This document shows, piece by piece, positions 17,577 to 28,111 of a DNA stretch of 64,000 nt (position 1 is the first letter of the stretch; the number at the start of each line of letters is the position of its first letter). The DNA is taken from assembly GCA_018435125.1 (NCBI GenBank), contig JAHDNZ010000036.1, positions 31,014 to 95,013 of the forward strand. The letters run 5' to 3'. Made by a program: the position numbers and the translations under genes. The notes under the pieces were generated by a model. It was given only the letters and a program-made list of their open reading frames with translations, was not told the DNA's origin and ran no database searches. This stretch comes from Bacillota bacterium (GTDB taxonomy: Bacteria; Bacillota; DTU065).

Positions 17577-18335
17577 TTACTTTTTGATGCTTTGCCTTAG
17601 AATCTCTCTTTTGGCAATATTTAAAAATTGAGTATTTGTAGGACAACAATTACTGGCTAAACTAGTAGGAAGTATCGAAAGAATATTCCTACTATTTGTC
17701 TTCCAGGCAGAATGCAATGCGCTACGGATAGCAGCTTCTACATTAACAGGTGAAGTATGATATTTTTTAGCTAAATTAGGATAAAGAGACTTAGTTAGTC
17801 CATCTATAAGATAAGCTTTGTTGCTTAATATTAAAAGCAAAGCTTCTTTGAGATAACTGTGGCCTTTTAACTGACTCTTAATCCCTATGTTTTTCAAGAA
17901 CTCTTCTACGCAGTATGTTAGTGTATGATCATCGACTACTATACCTATCAGACTTTTATCAAGGACAATCTCTTCTTTAAAGGCACAAACCTCTCTGATA
18001 GTTTTTTCTAAGGCAGTTAAATAAAAGGGCTTTACTAAACAATAGCTAGCACCCTTTTTTATAGCTGTTTGTAAAATTTCTTCTTTGGAAAAAGCAGTGA
18101 TTACTAAAACCTTAGGTAGTTCGCTGCTTAAAGTATCCAATACCTCTAGTCCGTCTAATATGGGTAAACCCAGATCTAGAATTAAAAGTTCCGGTCTTAG
18201 TTCTCTTACTTTTTTAACTGCTTCTCTACCATCATGACCTACCCCGATTACCTCAAAATCAGGCTGAAAGGAAAGATACTGCACCATGATGTCACAAAGA
18301 GCATGATTTTTATCAACTACTAAAATAGAGACCAT
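17577..18335 (-). CDS. spo0A: Sporulation master regulator Spo0A (receiver domain plus Spo0A_C DNA-binding domain)
   Basis: Receiver domain with conserved Asp residues (VVDKN...LILDLGLP). C-terminal Spo0A-specific motifs LKGHSYLKEAL, LTKSLYPNLAKKYHTSPVNVEAAIRSALHSAW and CPTNTQFL. Start set at ATG 18335 (AAGGGGG RBS) rather than the track's 18368. Confidence 0.8.
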   Translation of the reverse strand: MVSILVVDKNHALCDIMVQYLSFQPDFEVIGVGHDGREAVKKVRELRPELLILDLGLPILDGLEVLDTLSSELPKVLVITAFSKEEILQTAIKKGASYCLVKPFYLTALEKTIREVCAFKEEIVLDKSLIGIVVDDHTLTYCVEEFLKNIGIKSQLKGHSYLKEALLLILSNKAYLIDGLTKSLYPNLAKKYHTSPVNVEAAIRSALHSAWKTNSRNILSILPTSLASNCCPTNTQFLNIAKREILRQSIKK

Positions 18336-18385
18336 AGATAACCCCCTTAATTTGAAACTAAAGTCCAATCAGATTGTTTGAGCTG

Positions 18386-19696
18386 TTATCTTTTACGTAA
18401 GCGACAATAATAAAATCCATCGGTATCTGTTTTATGCGAATAGCTTTGATAACCGTACTTATCTCGGTACAATCCCCTAATAAGAGGTATTTCTTCTTCA
18501 TAAAAATTATTGTTCTCTTTAAGGAACAATTCTATAACGTTTGAGTTTTCCCTCTTTTCTGTTGTACATGAACTATAAACTAATATTCCACCAGGTTTTA
18601 AAAGATAAGCTGCTCTTTCTAAGATCGACAATTGCAACTTAGGTAACTCTAGAAGACTAGCCTCTGTCTTATGATATCTGGCATCCGGTCTATGACTAAG
18701 TGTACCAAGACCAGAACAAGGAACATCAACTAAGATCCTGTCCTGTAAAGGCAAGTTAACTTGAGTTGCATCTGCAACAAGAAACTCAACATTTTTCACT
18801 TTTAGCCGTTCTAAATTTTTTTTGGCTAGATCTAAACGGTCCAAACTTAGATCTATAGCGGTGATATGACCAGTATTTAGCATCAATTCAGCTAGATATC
18901 CTGTTTTTGTCCCCGGTGCGGCACAAAGATCGGCTATCATCTCTCCTGGTTTAGGATCAAGTGCTATAGCAGCCAGCATACTAGCCTTAGACTGGGGTTG
19001 TATTGCTCCCTCGGAAAAATGGGGCATTTCTAAGACTGAGCCACTTTTGGCTATATATAAAGCTTGTTTAATCTCCGGATCTACTCTAAAAGCAATCCCC
19101 AAGTCAGTAAGAACTCGACTATATTCTTCAGGTGTTGTTACCAAGGTATTAACCCTTACACAAAGATCATGGCGTTTGTTGTTCCATTTAAGTAGATCTT
19201 CTGTTTCTCTAACGCCTAAATCCTGATACCATCTTTTAACAAGCCAAAGTGGATGCGAATATTGGATAGATAATCTTTCTAAAGTTGCTTCAGGTAAAGT
19301 CCACCTTTTTTCACGTAAAACACTATTTAAAACACCACTTACAAGACGTTGTACACCTTTATGACCAAAACGTCCCGCCAGCCTAACTGCATCATAGATA
19401 ACCTTTTTGGGTGGCATGCGATCTAAGAATTGCAGCTGGTAGAGAGAACTTCTTAAGATGTTTCTAATCTGGGGAGTTAGTTTTTGCAGTGGATATTCTA
19501 AATAAAATCCCAAGATATAATCTAAAAGCAGCTTATTTTGCAATGTCCCATAAGTTATTTCCGTGCTAAGAGCTTTATCTCCTGAATCTGTAAATTTGTC
19601 TAGCGCCTCTTTAGCCCAAAGCCCTTCTTCAATAGAAACAAGGGCAAGGAGAGCTTCCTCCCTTGCCCTGTAGTATTTATTAGTATTAGTCATCAC
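18386..19696 (-). CDS. rsmB: 16S rRNA (cytosine967-C5)-methyltransferase RsmB (Sun)
   Basis: N-terminal NusB-like domain. SAM-binding site, PCSG and C-terminal catalytic Cys motifs (DAPCSG..., VYSSCT). Confidence 0.85.
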   Translation of the reverse strand: MMTNTNKYYRAREEALLALVSIEEGLWAKEALDKFTDSGDKALSTEITYGTLQNKLLLDYILGFYLEYPLQKLTPQIRNILRSSLYQLQFLDRMPPKKVIYDAVRLAGRFGHKGVQRLVSGVLNSVLREKRWTLPEATLERLSIQYSHPLWLVKRWYQDLGVRETEDLLKWNNKRHDLCVRVNTLVTTPEEYSRVLTDLGIAFRVDPEIKQALYIAKSGSVLEMPHFSEGAIQPQSKASMLAAIALDPKPGEMIADLCAAPGTKTGYLAELMLNTGHITAIDLSLDRLDLAKKNLERLKVKNVEFLVADATQVNLPLQDRILVDVPCSGLGTLSHRPDARYHKTEASLLELPKLQLSILERAAYLLKPGGILVYSSCTTEKRENSNVIELFLKENNNFYEEEIPLIRGLYRDKYGYQSYSHKTDTDGFYYCRLRKR

Positions 19697-20384
19697 GTGA
19701 ACCTCGCAATATAATCAATCTTAATAACTGAGCAGCTGCCATAGCTACAGCAGCTATATAGGTCATTGCTGCAGCTGTAAGAACCTTCTTGGCTTTGCTA
19801 GTCTCGTTTGAAGTAAGATATTCTCCTTCATTTAAAAGAGCTAAAGCTTTTGAAGAGGCATTAAACTCAACAGGTAAGGTAATTAATTGAAAAGCTAACG
19901 CTCCTAAAAAGAGATATATACCAAGAGTCATCATGGTATAGCCAATGTTACTCCCAAAAAGAAAACCTATAAAGAAAATGGGAAACGCAGCTTGTGAACC
20001 AAAAGCAGCCACTGGAAAAATAGCGTTTCTGACATTTAAAAAAGTATAGCCTTCCAAATGCTGAATCGCATGACCTGTCTCATGAGCAGCTACACCTAAG
20101 GCTGCAATGGAGTTGCTGTTATAAACCTCAGGAGAGAGACGCATCACTCTTTTAGTAGGATCATAATGATCCGTAAGTTTTCCCTGGGTAAGCTCAACCG
20201 GAACATCACTAAGACCTACTCTATCAAGAATATCTCTAGCTACTTGAGCTCCGGTATAACCCTTTTGACTTTTTTCCTTTGAATATTTTCTAAAAGCACT
20301 TTGAACCATGCCTTGAGCTATAAAAGCAAAGATTAAAGCAGGAATCAATAAGATATATGTTGGATCTCCATATGGAAACATCAA
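19686..20384 (-). CDS. Membrane zinc metallopeptidase (Zn_peptidase_2-like, HEXXH)
   Basis: HETGHAIQH motif, flanking TM helices. Sits between fmt and rsmB. Confidence 0.7.
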   Translation of the reverse strand: MMFPYGDPTYILLIPALIFAFIAQGMVQSAFRKYSKEKSQKGYTGAQVARDILDRVGLSDVPVELTQGKLTDHYDPTKRVMRLSPEVYNSNSIAALGVAAHETGHAIQHLEGYTFLNVRNAIFPVAAFGSQAAFPIFFIGFLFGSNIGYTMMTLGIYLFLGALAFQLITLPVEFNASSKALALLNEGEYLTSNETSKAKKVLTAAAMTYIAAVAMAAAQLLRLIILRGSRDD

Positions 20385-20400
20385 GGACCCTCCTTTACTA

Positions 20401-21360
20401 TCAATTCTCTTCTTTAAGTGGTTCGAAAAAATCCCCTACCCTAAGGTTGTAGCCATTTAAATATTCCTCTACCCGCATAAGACGCCGTCCCTGAGGCTTT
20501 ATGGCTGCAAATCTAATTGTCTGGTCACTACAGCTAACTGCAAAGTATTCCGGAGTAACTTCAGTAACAGACCCAGGCCTCGGTTTTTTGCTTTCTAACC
20601 TAGAGCCAAGGCTAATTTCTTCTAAACTGAGTTCTCTATTATTATGAATAAACTTGATCCCCGGCCAAGGCAAAAGCGCCCTTAAGTGGTTGAATACAGT
20701 TAGAGCACTTCTATCCCAACTTATTATTTGATCAGCTTTGGTAATTTTAGGTGCATTGGTAGCTTTGGCATGATCTTGGGGTAGTGGTGTAATTTCTTTG
20801 TTGGACAGTTTTTCTAAAGTTTCAATTAGTAAGTTCGCTCCAGCTAACATCATTTTATCATGCATGGTACCGGCTGTATCTTCTAGTTCAATCGGCAGCT
20901 CACATTTTAAAAGCATATCACCTGTATCCCAGCCCTCATCCATAAGCATTGTTGTAAGACCGGTTTTGCTCTCACCGTTCATTATAGCCCTTTGGATTGG
21001 TGCCGCACCCCTGTATTTTGGCAGTAGTGAGCCATGCAGGTTAATACAGCCATAGGGTGCAAGTTCTAAAATCTCCAGTGGTATTTTTTGACCAAAAGCT
21101 ACAACAACAATGGCTTCTGGTCTCAACTCTTTTAGTTTAGCTATTATTTCCGGCTTATTTATTCTCTCAGGTTGCAAAAGGGGGAGATTACACTCTGTAG
21201 CTACCACTTTGACAGGAGGAGGTGTAAGTTTGTAACCCCTGCCAAAAGGCCTGTCTGGTTGGGTAACAACCAAAGCTACCTCATGAGATTGGCTAAGCTT
21301 TAAAAGAGAGTGGGCTGCAAATTCCGGTGTCCCCATAAAAACTATTCTCAAAACCAACAC
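20401..21360 (-). CDS. fmt: Methionyl-tRNA formyltransferase
   Basis: IVFMGTPEFA N-terminus, formyltransferase core HGSLLPKYRGAAPIQ, C-terminal domain. Confidence 0.9.
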   Translation of the reverse strand: MLVLRIVFMGTPEFAAHSLLKLSQSHEVALVVTQPDRPFGRGYKLTPPPVKVVATECNLPLLQPERINKPEIIAKLKELRPEAIVVVAFGQKIPLEILELAPYGCINLHGSLLPKYRGAAPIQRAIMNGESKTGLTTMLMDEGWDTGDMLLKCELPIELEDTAGTMHDKMMLAGANLLIETLEKLSNKEITPLPQDHAKATNAPKITKADQIISWDRSALTVFNHLRALLPWPGIKFIHNNRELSLEEISLGSRLESKKPRPGSVTEVTPEYFAVSCSDQTIRFAAIKPQGRRLMRVEEYLNGYNLRVGDFFEPLKEEN

Positions 21361-21370
21361 CCTCTCTATA

Positions 21371-21808
21371 TTAATCTACTTTATCAATAAACAGTATACC
21401 ATCCAAATGATCGATCTCGTGTTGCAAACAGCGTGCGAATAAATTTTCAGCCTCATAATGGACTGGTTTTTCGTCTTGATCCATACCCTCTACAACAACT
21501 CTAAGTGCTCTTTTTACATAGCCTTTCTCTCCCGGTACAGAGAGACAACCCTCGACATCAATGGCTTCACCTGCGGCTTTTATTATCACCGGATTAACAA
21601 TCGCCAAAGGGCCCTCACCAACATCAATTACAATAATTCTTTCAGAAACACCTACCTGAGGAGCTGCAAGGCCAATGCCGTCTGCTTTATACATAGTTTC
21701 TAACATATCTCGTATTAACTTTTTCCTTTTTTTAGTAACCTTATCTACTGTTACTGCCTTAGTTCTTAGTATATCATCACCGATTTTATTAATAGGTAAC
21801 AAGGCCAT
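21371..21808 (-). CDS. def: Peptide deformylase
   Basis: Motifs GIGLAAPQVG, EGCLSVPG and HEIDHLDG. Start set at MALLPIN (ATG 21808, AAGGGTGG RBS) rather than 21850. Confidence 0.9.
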   Translation of the reverse strand: MALLPINKIGDDILRTKAVTVDKVTKKRKKLIRDMLETMYKADGIGLAAPQVGVSERIIVIDVGEGPLAIVNPVIIKAAGEAIDVEGCLSVPGEKGYVKRALRVVVEGMDQDEKPVHYEAENLFARCLQHEIDHLDGILFIDKVD

Positions 21809-21827
21809 GATTAACACCACCCTTAGA

Positions 21828-24212
21828 TTAAAGTACAGAGCTTGGATCAAGGCGCAGTTGCAGCTTAACCTTTTTTTTCGCAGCTATTTCTTCCATAAGA
21901 GGCTTTTTAGCTCTAAAAAAATCTGTTGTCACTTCCCAACTCGGTGCACGGAACAAGATATTGTATCTATATAATTTTCTTAATCTTTTAAGAGGTGCAG
22001 GACCTCTTCTAATAATTTCAAGACTTTGTGGTAGAACTGGCATACAAAGAGCATTAGTTTCAAGCATCGCATCTCTTACTTTCAATTCATCGACACCTTC
22101 AAAAAGTAGCTGTGCCAGGTGATAATAAGGTGGATACGAAGCTTTTTTTCTAAATCTATTTTCCTTTTCATAAAAGCTGAGGTAATCGTGATCTTTAGCA
22201 CACAAAATAGCATAATGATCAGGTGTATAGGTCTGCACTACCACCTCACCGGGATAATCTCCTCTACCAGCCCTGCCGGAGACCTGTGTCAATAGCTGAA
22301 ATGTCTTTTCATAGGCTCTGTAATCTCCTATGTTAAGCGATGTATCTGCAGTGACTACACCTACTAAGGTAACATTGGGAATATCTAGACCTTTAGCTAC
22401 CATTTGGGTACCAATTAATACATCGGCTTTATGAGCCTGAAACTTATCCAAAATTTGCTGATGAGCGTTTTTGCGTCTTGTTGTATCGATATCCATCCTT
22501 AAGGTACGTACACCCGGGAAAAGTGCTAGTACCTCGGTCTCTATTCTCTCGGTACCAATACCGAAATGTTTGATATATACCGAACGACATCTTGGACACC
22601 TAGGCGGCGGTTTTATCTCTAAATTACAGTAGTGACAAGTAAGCATATTGTTCTCTAAATGATAAGTTAAGGCCACATCGCAGTTAGAACAGTTTATCAC
22701 AAATCCACATTCTCTGCAAATAACAAAGCTGGAAAAACCACGTCGGTTTAAAAACAGAATAGCCTGTCTTTGTTGTTCTAAGTGAACCTGAAGTGCCTCC
22801 TTTAGTTTAGAAGAAAAGATAGTCAAGTTGCCTTTTTTTAATTCTTCTCGCATATCAACTATATGAACCTCAGGTAGAGTCTGCTTAGTGGCGCGATTTT
22901 TCAATCTACCTAAAGCTATTTTACCCTCAAGTGCTTTATGATAGGTTGTAATATCTGGGGTAGCACTTCCTAAAACCAATCTTATCTGGTGCCATTTAGC
23001 CCTAAATTCAGCTAATTCCTTGGCATGATAGAAAGGTTGTTTATCATCTTGCTGATAGCTATCTTCATGCTCTTCGTCTAAAACTATAATACCCAGATTA
23101 TCTATCGGTGCAAATACCGCCGATCTTGCCCCAATAACAACATCAGCATCGGCGTTTTTGACCCTTTGCCACTCATCATAACGTTCTCCTAAACCCAGAC
23201 TACTATGCAAAACAGCTACGCGAGTACCAAAGCGACCCACAAATCGATCTACCATCTGCGTGGTTAAGGCTATCTCGGGTACTAAAACAAGGGCTTTTTT
23301 ACTCTGCTTAAGGAAATGATCAATCGCCTGCAGATAAACTTCAGTTTTACCGCTGCCTGTAATACCAAAAAGCAAATAGACTCCCTGACCACTAACAATA
23401 TCGGTAAGTGCTTTTTGTTGTTCTTCATTTAGAGAATAAGCTTGGCTGCTTGCGATATTGCGTAAACTTAATGGATCTCGCCTTGTGGGGATATTTAGTT
23501 CCTCAATAACTTGGTTCTTAGTCAGAGTTTTTAAAACTGCAGTCGAGACACCGGTCTTTTGTAATATTTCCTCCTGGGTTAGAGGACCTGCTTTTAAAAG
23601 CTCGCTAACCAAAACTTGTTTTTTTGTTTTCACACCCTTTAGATCTTTTAGCAGATAGCCTTTTTTAGTCTTATCCCTGACACCCTTTTGACGCCATTCT
23701 TCCTTGAAATAGATTAAATCTAAACGCAATAGACGCTTGATAATATCCTCGCTAACCTTTTCCAGAGTAGAACCTCTTTTTACAGCAACATAAATTGCTT
23801 CCATATCTTCAGCGAGAAAAAGACCCGGGTCTTTGCTTTGAATAATATTATCCCAAGCTTCTTTTTTAAGGAAGTAAAAACGGGTACAGACAAGGTCCAT
23901 ACCCGCAGGAATCATTGCAAATACACAAGCCCCAAGCGGGGACAGATAGCGATTGTGCATCCAGATTGCCAGATCCACAAGTTCCTCTGACAACAGAGGT
24001 TCACTCTCTAGAATTTTAGTAACTGCTTTTAGTTCGGTGTAGATAGATGTCGCAACTATCTCTACCACAATTCCTTCCTTTTTACTTTTTCCAAAAGGCA
24101 CTATTACCCTTTGGCCTCTTTTTATCTTCATTTCAGGTAAGATAGTATAATCATAAACTTTGTCTAGGGCCTGCGTTGTTCTTACTACTACTCTTGCAAT
24201 CATATCAATCAC
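21828..24212 (-). CDS. priA: Primosomal protein N' (replication restart helicase PriA)
   Basis: 794 aa. Walker [14 protein letters not shown] box, Cys-rich zinc-binding region ([20 protein letters not shown]...CHYC...CPRC), C-terminal helicase domain. Confidence 0.9.
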   Translation of the reverse strand: MIDMIARVVVRTTQALDKVYDYTILPEMKIKRGQRVIVPFGKSKKEGIVVEIVATSIYTELKAVTKILESEPLLSEELVDLAIWMHNRYLSPLGACVFAMIPAGMDLVCTRFYFLKKEAWDNIIQSKDPGLFLAEDMEAIYVAVKRGSTLEKVSEDIIKRLLRLDLIYFKEEWRQKGVRDKTKKGYLLKDLKGVKTKKQVLVSELLKAGPLTQEEILQKTGVSTAVLKTLTKNQVIEELNIPTRRDPLSLRNIASSQAYSLNEEQQKALTDIVSGQGVYLLFGITGSGKTEVYLQAIDHFLKQSKKALVLVPEIALTTQMVDRFVGRFGTRVAVLHSSLGLGERYDEWQRVKNADADVVIGARSAVFAPIDNLGIIVLDEEHEDSYQQDDKQPFYHAKELAEFRAKWHQIRLVLGSATPDITTYHKALEGKIALGRLKNRATKQTLPEVHIVDMREELKKGNLTIFSSKLKEALQVHLEQQRQAILFLNRRGFSSFVICRECGFVINCSNCDVALTYHLENNMLTCHYCNLEIKPPPRCPRCRSVYIKHFGIGTERIETEVLALFPGVRTLRMDIDTTRRKNAHQQILDKFQAHKADVLIGTQMVAKGLDIPNVTLVGVVTADTSLNIGDYRAYEKTFQLLTQVSGRAGRGDYPGEVVVQTYTPDHYAILCAKDHDYLSFYEKENRFRKKASYPPYYHLAQLLFEGVDELKVRDAMLETNALCMPVLPQSLEIIRRGPAPLKRLRKLYRYNILFRAPSWEVTTDFFRAKKPLMEEIAAKKKVKLQLRLDPSSVL

Positions 24213-25387
24213 TTATAGCTGGCTAAAATTTCAGCCTTGTCCGTTTTTTCCCAGCTAAGATTGAGGTCTTCTCTACCAAAGTGCCCATAAGCTGCTACTT
24301 GTTGATAGATAGGTCTTCTTAGATCGAGTTTCTGAATAATAGCTGCTGGCCTTAAATCAAAATTTTCTTTAACAATTGCTTCTATTTTGCTATCCGGCAA
24401 GACACCTGTGCCGTAGGTATTAACCCTAATAGAAACTGGATTAGCTACACCAATAGCATAAGCAATCTGTAGTTCACAACGACTAGCCAGCCCGGCTTTA
24501 ACTATGTTTTTAGCGACATATCTAGCAGCATAGCTCGCTGAACGGTCTACCTTGGTAGGATCCTTACCTGAAAAAGCCCCTCCTCCATGAGGTGCAGCTC
24601 CACCATAAGTGTCAACAATAATTTTTCTTCCGGTAAGACCAGTATCTCCCTGGGGACCACCCACAACAAAACGCCCGGTCGGATTTATTAAGAATTTGGT
24701 TTTCTCATCAAGTAGATCAGGGGAAATAACCTCTTGGATAACCTTTTCAATAATATCCTTTTTAAGCTCATTATAGGATATATCCGGACTATGCTGTGTA
24801 GATATCACTACTGTATCCACTCTTCGCGGAATACCATCTACATATTCTACCGTAACTTGGCTCTTGCCATCAGGACGAATATAGGGTAAAAGACCGGTTT
24901 TACGCACTACAGCCAGCTTTTTAGCCAGTTTATGTGCCAAAGAAATAGGAAGTGGCATTAGCTCTGGAGTTTCATCACAGGCATAGCCAAACATTAAACC
25001 TTGATCTCCTGCACCAAGTTCCAAACCTTTAGAACCTTGTCCTCTGATCTCCAGAGCTTCATCCACACCCATAGCAATATCGGGAGACTGTTCATGGACC
25101 GTTGTTAAAACAGCACAAGTCTCTCCGTCAAACCCATATTTAGCACGCGTATAGCCAATGCCAACAACTGTATCTCTAATAATAGCTGGAATATCCACAT
25201 AACAATTAGTTGTAATTTCACCTGAAACTAAGACTAGACCGGTTGTAAGAAGGGTTTCACAAGCTACTCTACTCAACGGATCTTTGGCTAGAATAGCATC
25301 TAATATAGCATCTGAAATCTGATCGGCCATTTTATCTGGATGACCTTCAGTAACCGACTCAGATGTAAACAGATAACGTTCAGACAT
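24209..25387 (-). CDS. metK: S-adenosylmethionine synthetase
   Basis: [20 protein letters not shown] and GGGAFSGKD motifs. Start moved to ATG 25387 (AAGGAGTGA RBS); the GTG at 25396 lies inside that RBS. Confidence 0.95.
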   Translation of the reverse strand: MSERYLFTSESVTEGHPDKMADQISDAILDAILAKDPLSRVACETLLTTGLVLVSGEITTNCYVDIPAIIRDTVVGIGYTRAKYGFDGETCAVLTTVHEQSPDIAMGVDEALEIRGQGSKGLELGAGDQGLMFGYACDETPELMPLPISLAHKLAKKLAVVRKTGLLPYIRPDGKSQVTVEYVDGIPRRVDTVVISTQHSPDISYNELKKDIIEKVIQEVISPDLLDEKTKFLINPTGRFVVGGPQGDTGLTGRKIIVDTYGGAAPHGGGAFSGKDPTKVDRSASYAARYVAKNIVKAGLASRCELQIAYAIGVANPVSIRVNTYGTGVLPDSKIEAIVKENFDLRPAAIIQKLDLRRPIYQQVAAYGHFGREDLNLSWEKTDKAEILASYK

Positions 25388-25408
25388 TTCAATCACTCCT
25401 TGGAATTT

Positions 25409-26611
25409 TTAGAGCCATATTTCTACGAGTGTATCCATAATTTTATGGGCTGTCTCCTCTTTAGATAGAAGATTCAATTCACGTTTGAAATTTTTACCAA
25501 GTATTACAACCTGGTTGGTATCGACAGCAAAACCAGTGTCTTGACGCGAGATATCATTAGCTATAATTAGATCTAATTCTTTTTGGTCAAGTTTATGGTT
25601 CGCATTTCGAATCAAATCTTCAGATTCAGCTGCAAATCCTACTATAATCTGATGCACCCGTTTTTTTGTTAGTGAAGCTAAAATATCGGGATTGGGAATT
25701 AAAGGCCAATTTACCTTTTCACCCCAAATCTCCCTTTTTACCTTGCCGGAAAAACGTTTCTCAATACGGAAATCAGAAACAGCAGCTGCACCGATTACAA
25801 CATCAGCTTGCTCAAAAAGACTAGCTGCTGTATTTAGCATCTCCATAGCATCTGTTACCCGGTAGACATTAATCCCCCTAGGGACTTCGATCTGACTTGG
25901 TCCAAGTACTAGATCCACATTGGCCCCTCTTAGTTTAGCGGCCTTAGCCAAAGCTAAACCCATTTTACCAGTCGAAGGATTAGAGATATAACGGAAATCG
26001 TCTACATATTCCCTCGTCGGGCCGGCTGTGATGAGAAACCTTTTTTTGGCAAGATCCTGGGGCCAGAGTAGGCTTTCTAACTCAAAAAGAATAGTCTCCT
26101 CTTTGGGTAAACGGCCTTTACCAATCTGACCACAGGCAAGATGCCCAGTTTCGGGCTCAATTACTTTAATTCCATGTTGCCTTAATTGGGCAATATTATC
26201 CTTAACCACAGAGTTTTCCCACATCTTACTATTCATAGCTGGAGCTACGGCTAGGGGAGTAGCTAAAGCCATCAAAGTAGTGGTAAGCAGATCGTCTGCA
26301 ATGCCATGAGCTAGTTTGCCAATAATATTAGCGGTAGCTGGAGCTACTAAGGCTAGATCTGCTTCCTCACTAAGGGATATATGAGCCATATCATAACTTT
26401 GAGGCTCTTGCCACATATCATAATAGACAGGGGCATTAGCTACCTCTCTAAAAGTGAGCGGGGTAACAAAACGTGTGGCATTTTCAGTCATAATAATCCG
26501 AAGTTTTGCTCCGGATTTTCTAAGTGTACTAGCTAGTTCCACTGCCTTATAAGCAGCAATACCACCACTGACACCTAATAGAATAACTTTATCTTGCCAG
26601 ACGCTTGTCAT
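25409..26611 (-). CDS. coaBC: Bifunctional phosphopantothenoylcysteine decarboxylase / phosphopantothenate-cysteine ligase
   Basis: N-terminal flavoprotein domain (GVSGGIAAYK) and C-terminal DFP/CoaB domain (AAVSDF). Confidence 0.9.
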   Translation of the reverse strand: MTSVWQDKVILLGVSGGIAAYKAVELASTLRKSGAKLRIIMTENATRFVTPLTFREVANAPVYYDMWQEPQSYDMAHISLSEEADLALVAPATANIIGKLAHGIADDLLTTTLMALATPLAVAPAMNSKMWENSVVKDNIAQLRQHGIKVIEPETGHLACGQIGKGRLPKEETILFELESLLWPQDLAKKRFLITAGPTREYVDDFRYISNPSTGKMGLALAKAAKLRGANVDLVLGPSQIEVPRGINVYRVTDAMEMLNTAASLFEQADVVIGAAAVSDFRIEKRFSGKVKREIWGEKVNWPLIPNPDILASLTKKRVHQIIVGFAAESEDLIRNANHKLDQKELDLIIANDISRQDTGFAVDTNQVVILGKNFKRELNLLSKEETAHKIMDTLVEIWL

Positions 26612-26626
26612 TTTTGCTCCCCCTGT

Positions 26627-26881
26627 CTATTCCATATCTTCAAACTCCTGAATAGTGCGAGTATTGCTTTCGGGTTTTTTGGTAAATGTTTTTTCAACAA
26701 TCTTAATTTTTTTGTTCAAAATATCCCACATGGCAATTGATACTGGCTTAACTACACCAGGGTAATCAGATTCATTGTTCTCTTCCATAATTTGCCTGGC
26801 TCTTTTGGCTACTCCAATTACCATGTTATATCTGCTGGGTACGACCTTTTCTAAGTCATCAAGATAAGGTTGACTACGCAT
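26627..26881 (-). CDS. rpoZ: DNA-directed RNA polymerase subunit omega
   Basis: Small protein with VVPSRYNMVIGVAKRARQI motif. Position between gmk and coaBC. Confidence 0.8.
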   Translation of the reverse strand: MRSQPYLDDLEKVVPSRYNMVIGVAKRARQIMEENNESDYPGVVKPVSIAMWDILNKKIKIVEKTFTKKPESNTRTIQEFEDME

Positions 26882-27506
26882 TTAACCCCTCCTTGAGAGA
26901 AGATATCACCAAATCCCAGTTAATTCGTTTTACTTTGAAAGACTCAGCTTGTCTAATTGCTTCTAGTTCAAGGACTGTTTTCTCGGTGTTATCATGAACC
27001 AGATAGTAGTCATACATACGTCCTACATCCATTTCAATAAGAGCTTGCTTCAAGCGAGCCTCAATTTCTTCACTAGTCTCTGTTTTGCGGTTTTTTATTC
27101 GCCTAGCCAGCTCTTCAAGGGATGGTGGCACTAAAAAGATCAAAACAGCTTCAGGCCATTTTTCACTGACTTGTTTTGCTCCTTGAATCTCAATATCCAT
27201 AATAACATCATACCCATCTGCCAAAGCTTCTTCAATAGGCTTGATGGGAGTACCGTAATAGTTGCCACAAAACTCAGCCCATTCTAAAAATGCTTCTTCT
27301 TCAATCATGTTACAAAATTGTTCTTGCGAAAGGAAATAGTAGTCAATATTGTCCTTTTCATGATTGCGTGGTTTACGGGTAGTTGCAGATATTGAATAGC
27401 GGATGTCTTTATTGCGATTTAAAAACATATCGATCAAAGTGTTTTTGCCAACACCACTTGGACCTGATAGTACTAATAAAGTCCCTTTTTTTTGCTCCTC
27501 AATCAT
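26874..27506 (-). CDS. gmk: Guanylate kinase
   Basis: P-loop [11 protein letters not shown], guanylate kinase signature ATTRKPR...E.DG.DY.F. Confidence 0.9.
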   Translation of the reverse strand: MIEEQKKGTLLVLSGPSGVGKNTLIDMFLNRNKDIRYSISATTRKPRNHEKDNIDYYFLSQEQFCNMIEEEAFLEWAEFCGNYYGTPIKPIEEALADGYDVIMDIEIQGAKQVSEKWPEAVLIFLVPPSLEELARRIKNRKTETSEEIEARLKQALIEMDVGRMYDYYLVHDNTEKTVLELEAIRQAESFKVKRINWDLVISSLKEGLNA

Positions 27507-27762
27507 CTACGTTTTCATCATCCTTATCGTTTAACCTATGAGCCACTGTCTCAGGTTGAACTGCCGAAAGGATTACATGATCACTATCTGTGATAACAAC
27601 AGCACGAGTTCTGCGTCCATAGGTAGCATCAATTAGCATACCTCGTTCGCGGGCTTCTTGAATAATCCTTTTAATTGGTGCAGATTCCGGACTAACTATT
27701 GCAATAATGCGATTAGCAGCTACAATGTTACCAAAACCAATATTAATTAGCTTAATTTCCAT
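27499..27762 (-). CDS. remA: RemA/DUF370-family regulator (YlzA-like)
   Basis: 87 aa with conserved IGFGN and AxVITDSD segments. Canonical position between yicC and gmk. Confidence 0.75.
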   Translation of the reverse strand: MEIKLINIGFGNIVAANRIIAIVSPESAPIKRIIQEARERGMLIDATYGRRTRAVVITDSDHVILSAVQPETVAHRLNDKDDENVDD

Positions 27763-27777
27763 ACAAACATCTCCTTC

Positions 27778-28086
27778 CTATCTAATCTTTTTTAATAGTT
27801 CCTCTTTTTGTCTTGTCCCAAGCCCCTGTACTCTTCGACTTTCAGTAATACCAATCTCTTCCATGATCTTTTGGGCAGTAACCTTGCCAATTTGCGGTAA
27901 AGATTCGAGCAAATAATTGACTCGCATTTTAGTTATGACTTCATTTTCTGTATCATTTAATACTTCATCTAAAGTAATTTCCCCGGCTTTAAGTTTAGCT
28001 CTCAACTCAGCACGTTTTTTTCGCATTAACTGTGCCTTCTCAAGTGCTTCACGACGTTGTTTGGGGGATAGTGATGGAATACCCAT
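27778..28086 (-). CDS. mihF: mIHF-like integration host factor (helix-hairpin-helix DNA-binding protein)
   Basis: Sequence SPKQRREALEKAQLMRKKRAELRAKLK...LPQIGKVTAQKIMEEIGITESRRVQGLG closely matches actinobacterial mIHF. Canonical location upstream of gmk-rpoZ. Confidence 0.65.
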   Translation of the reverse strand: MGIPSLSPKQRREALEKAQLMRKKRAELRAKLKAGEITLDEVLNDTENEVITKMRVNYLLESLPQIGKVTAQKIMEEIGITESRRVQGLGTRQKEELLKKIR

Positions 28087-28111
28087 AAAAACACCTCCGG
28101 AAACTTTCTAT

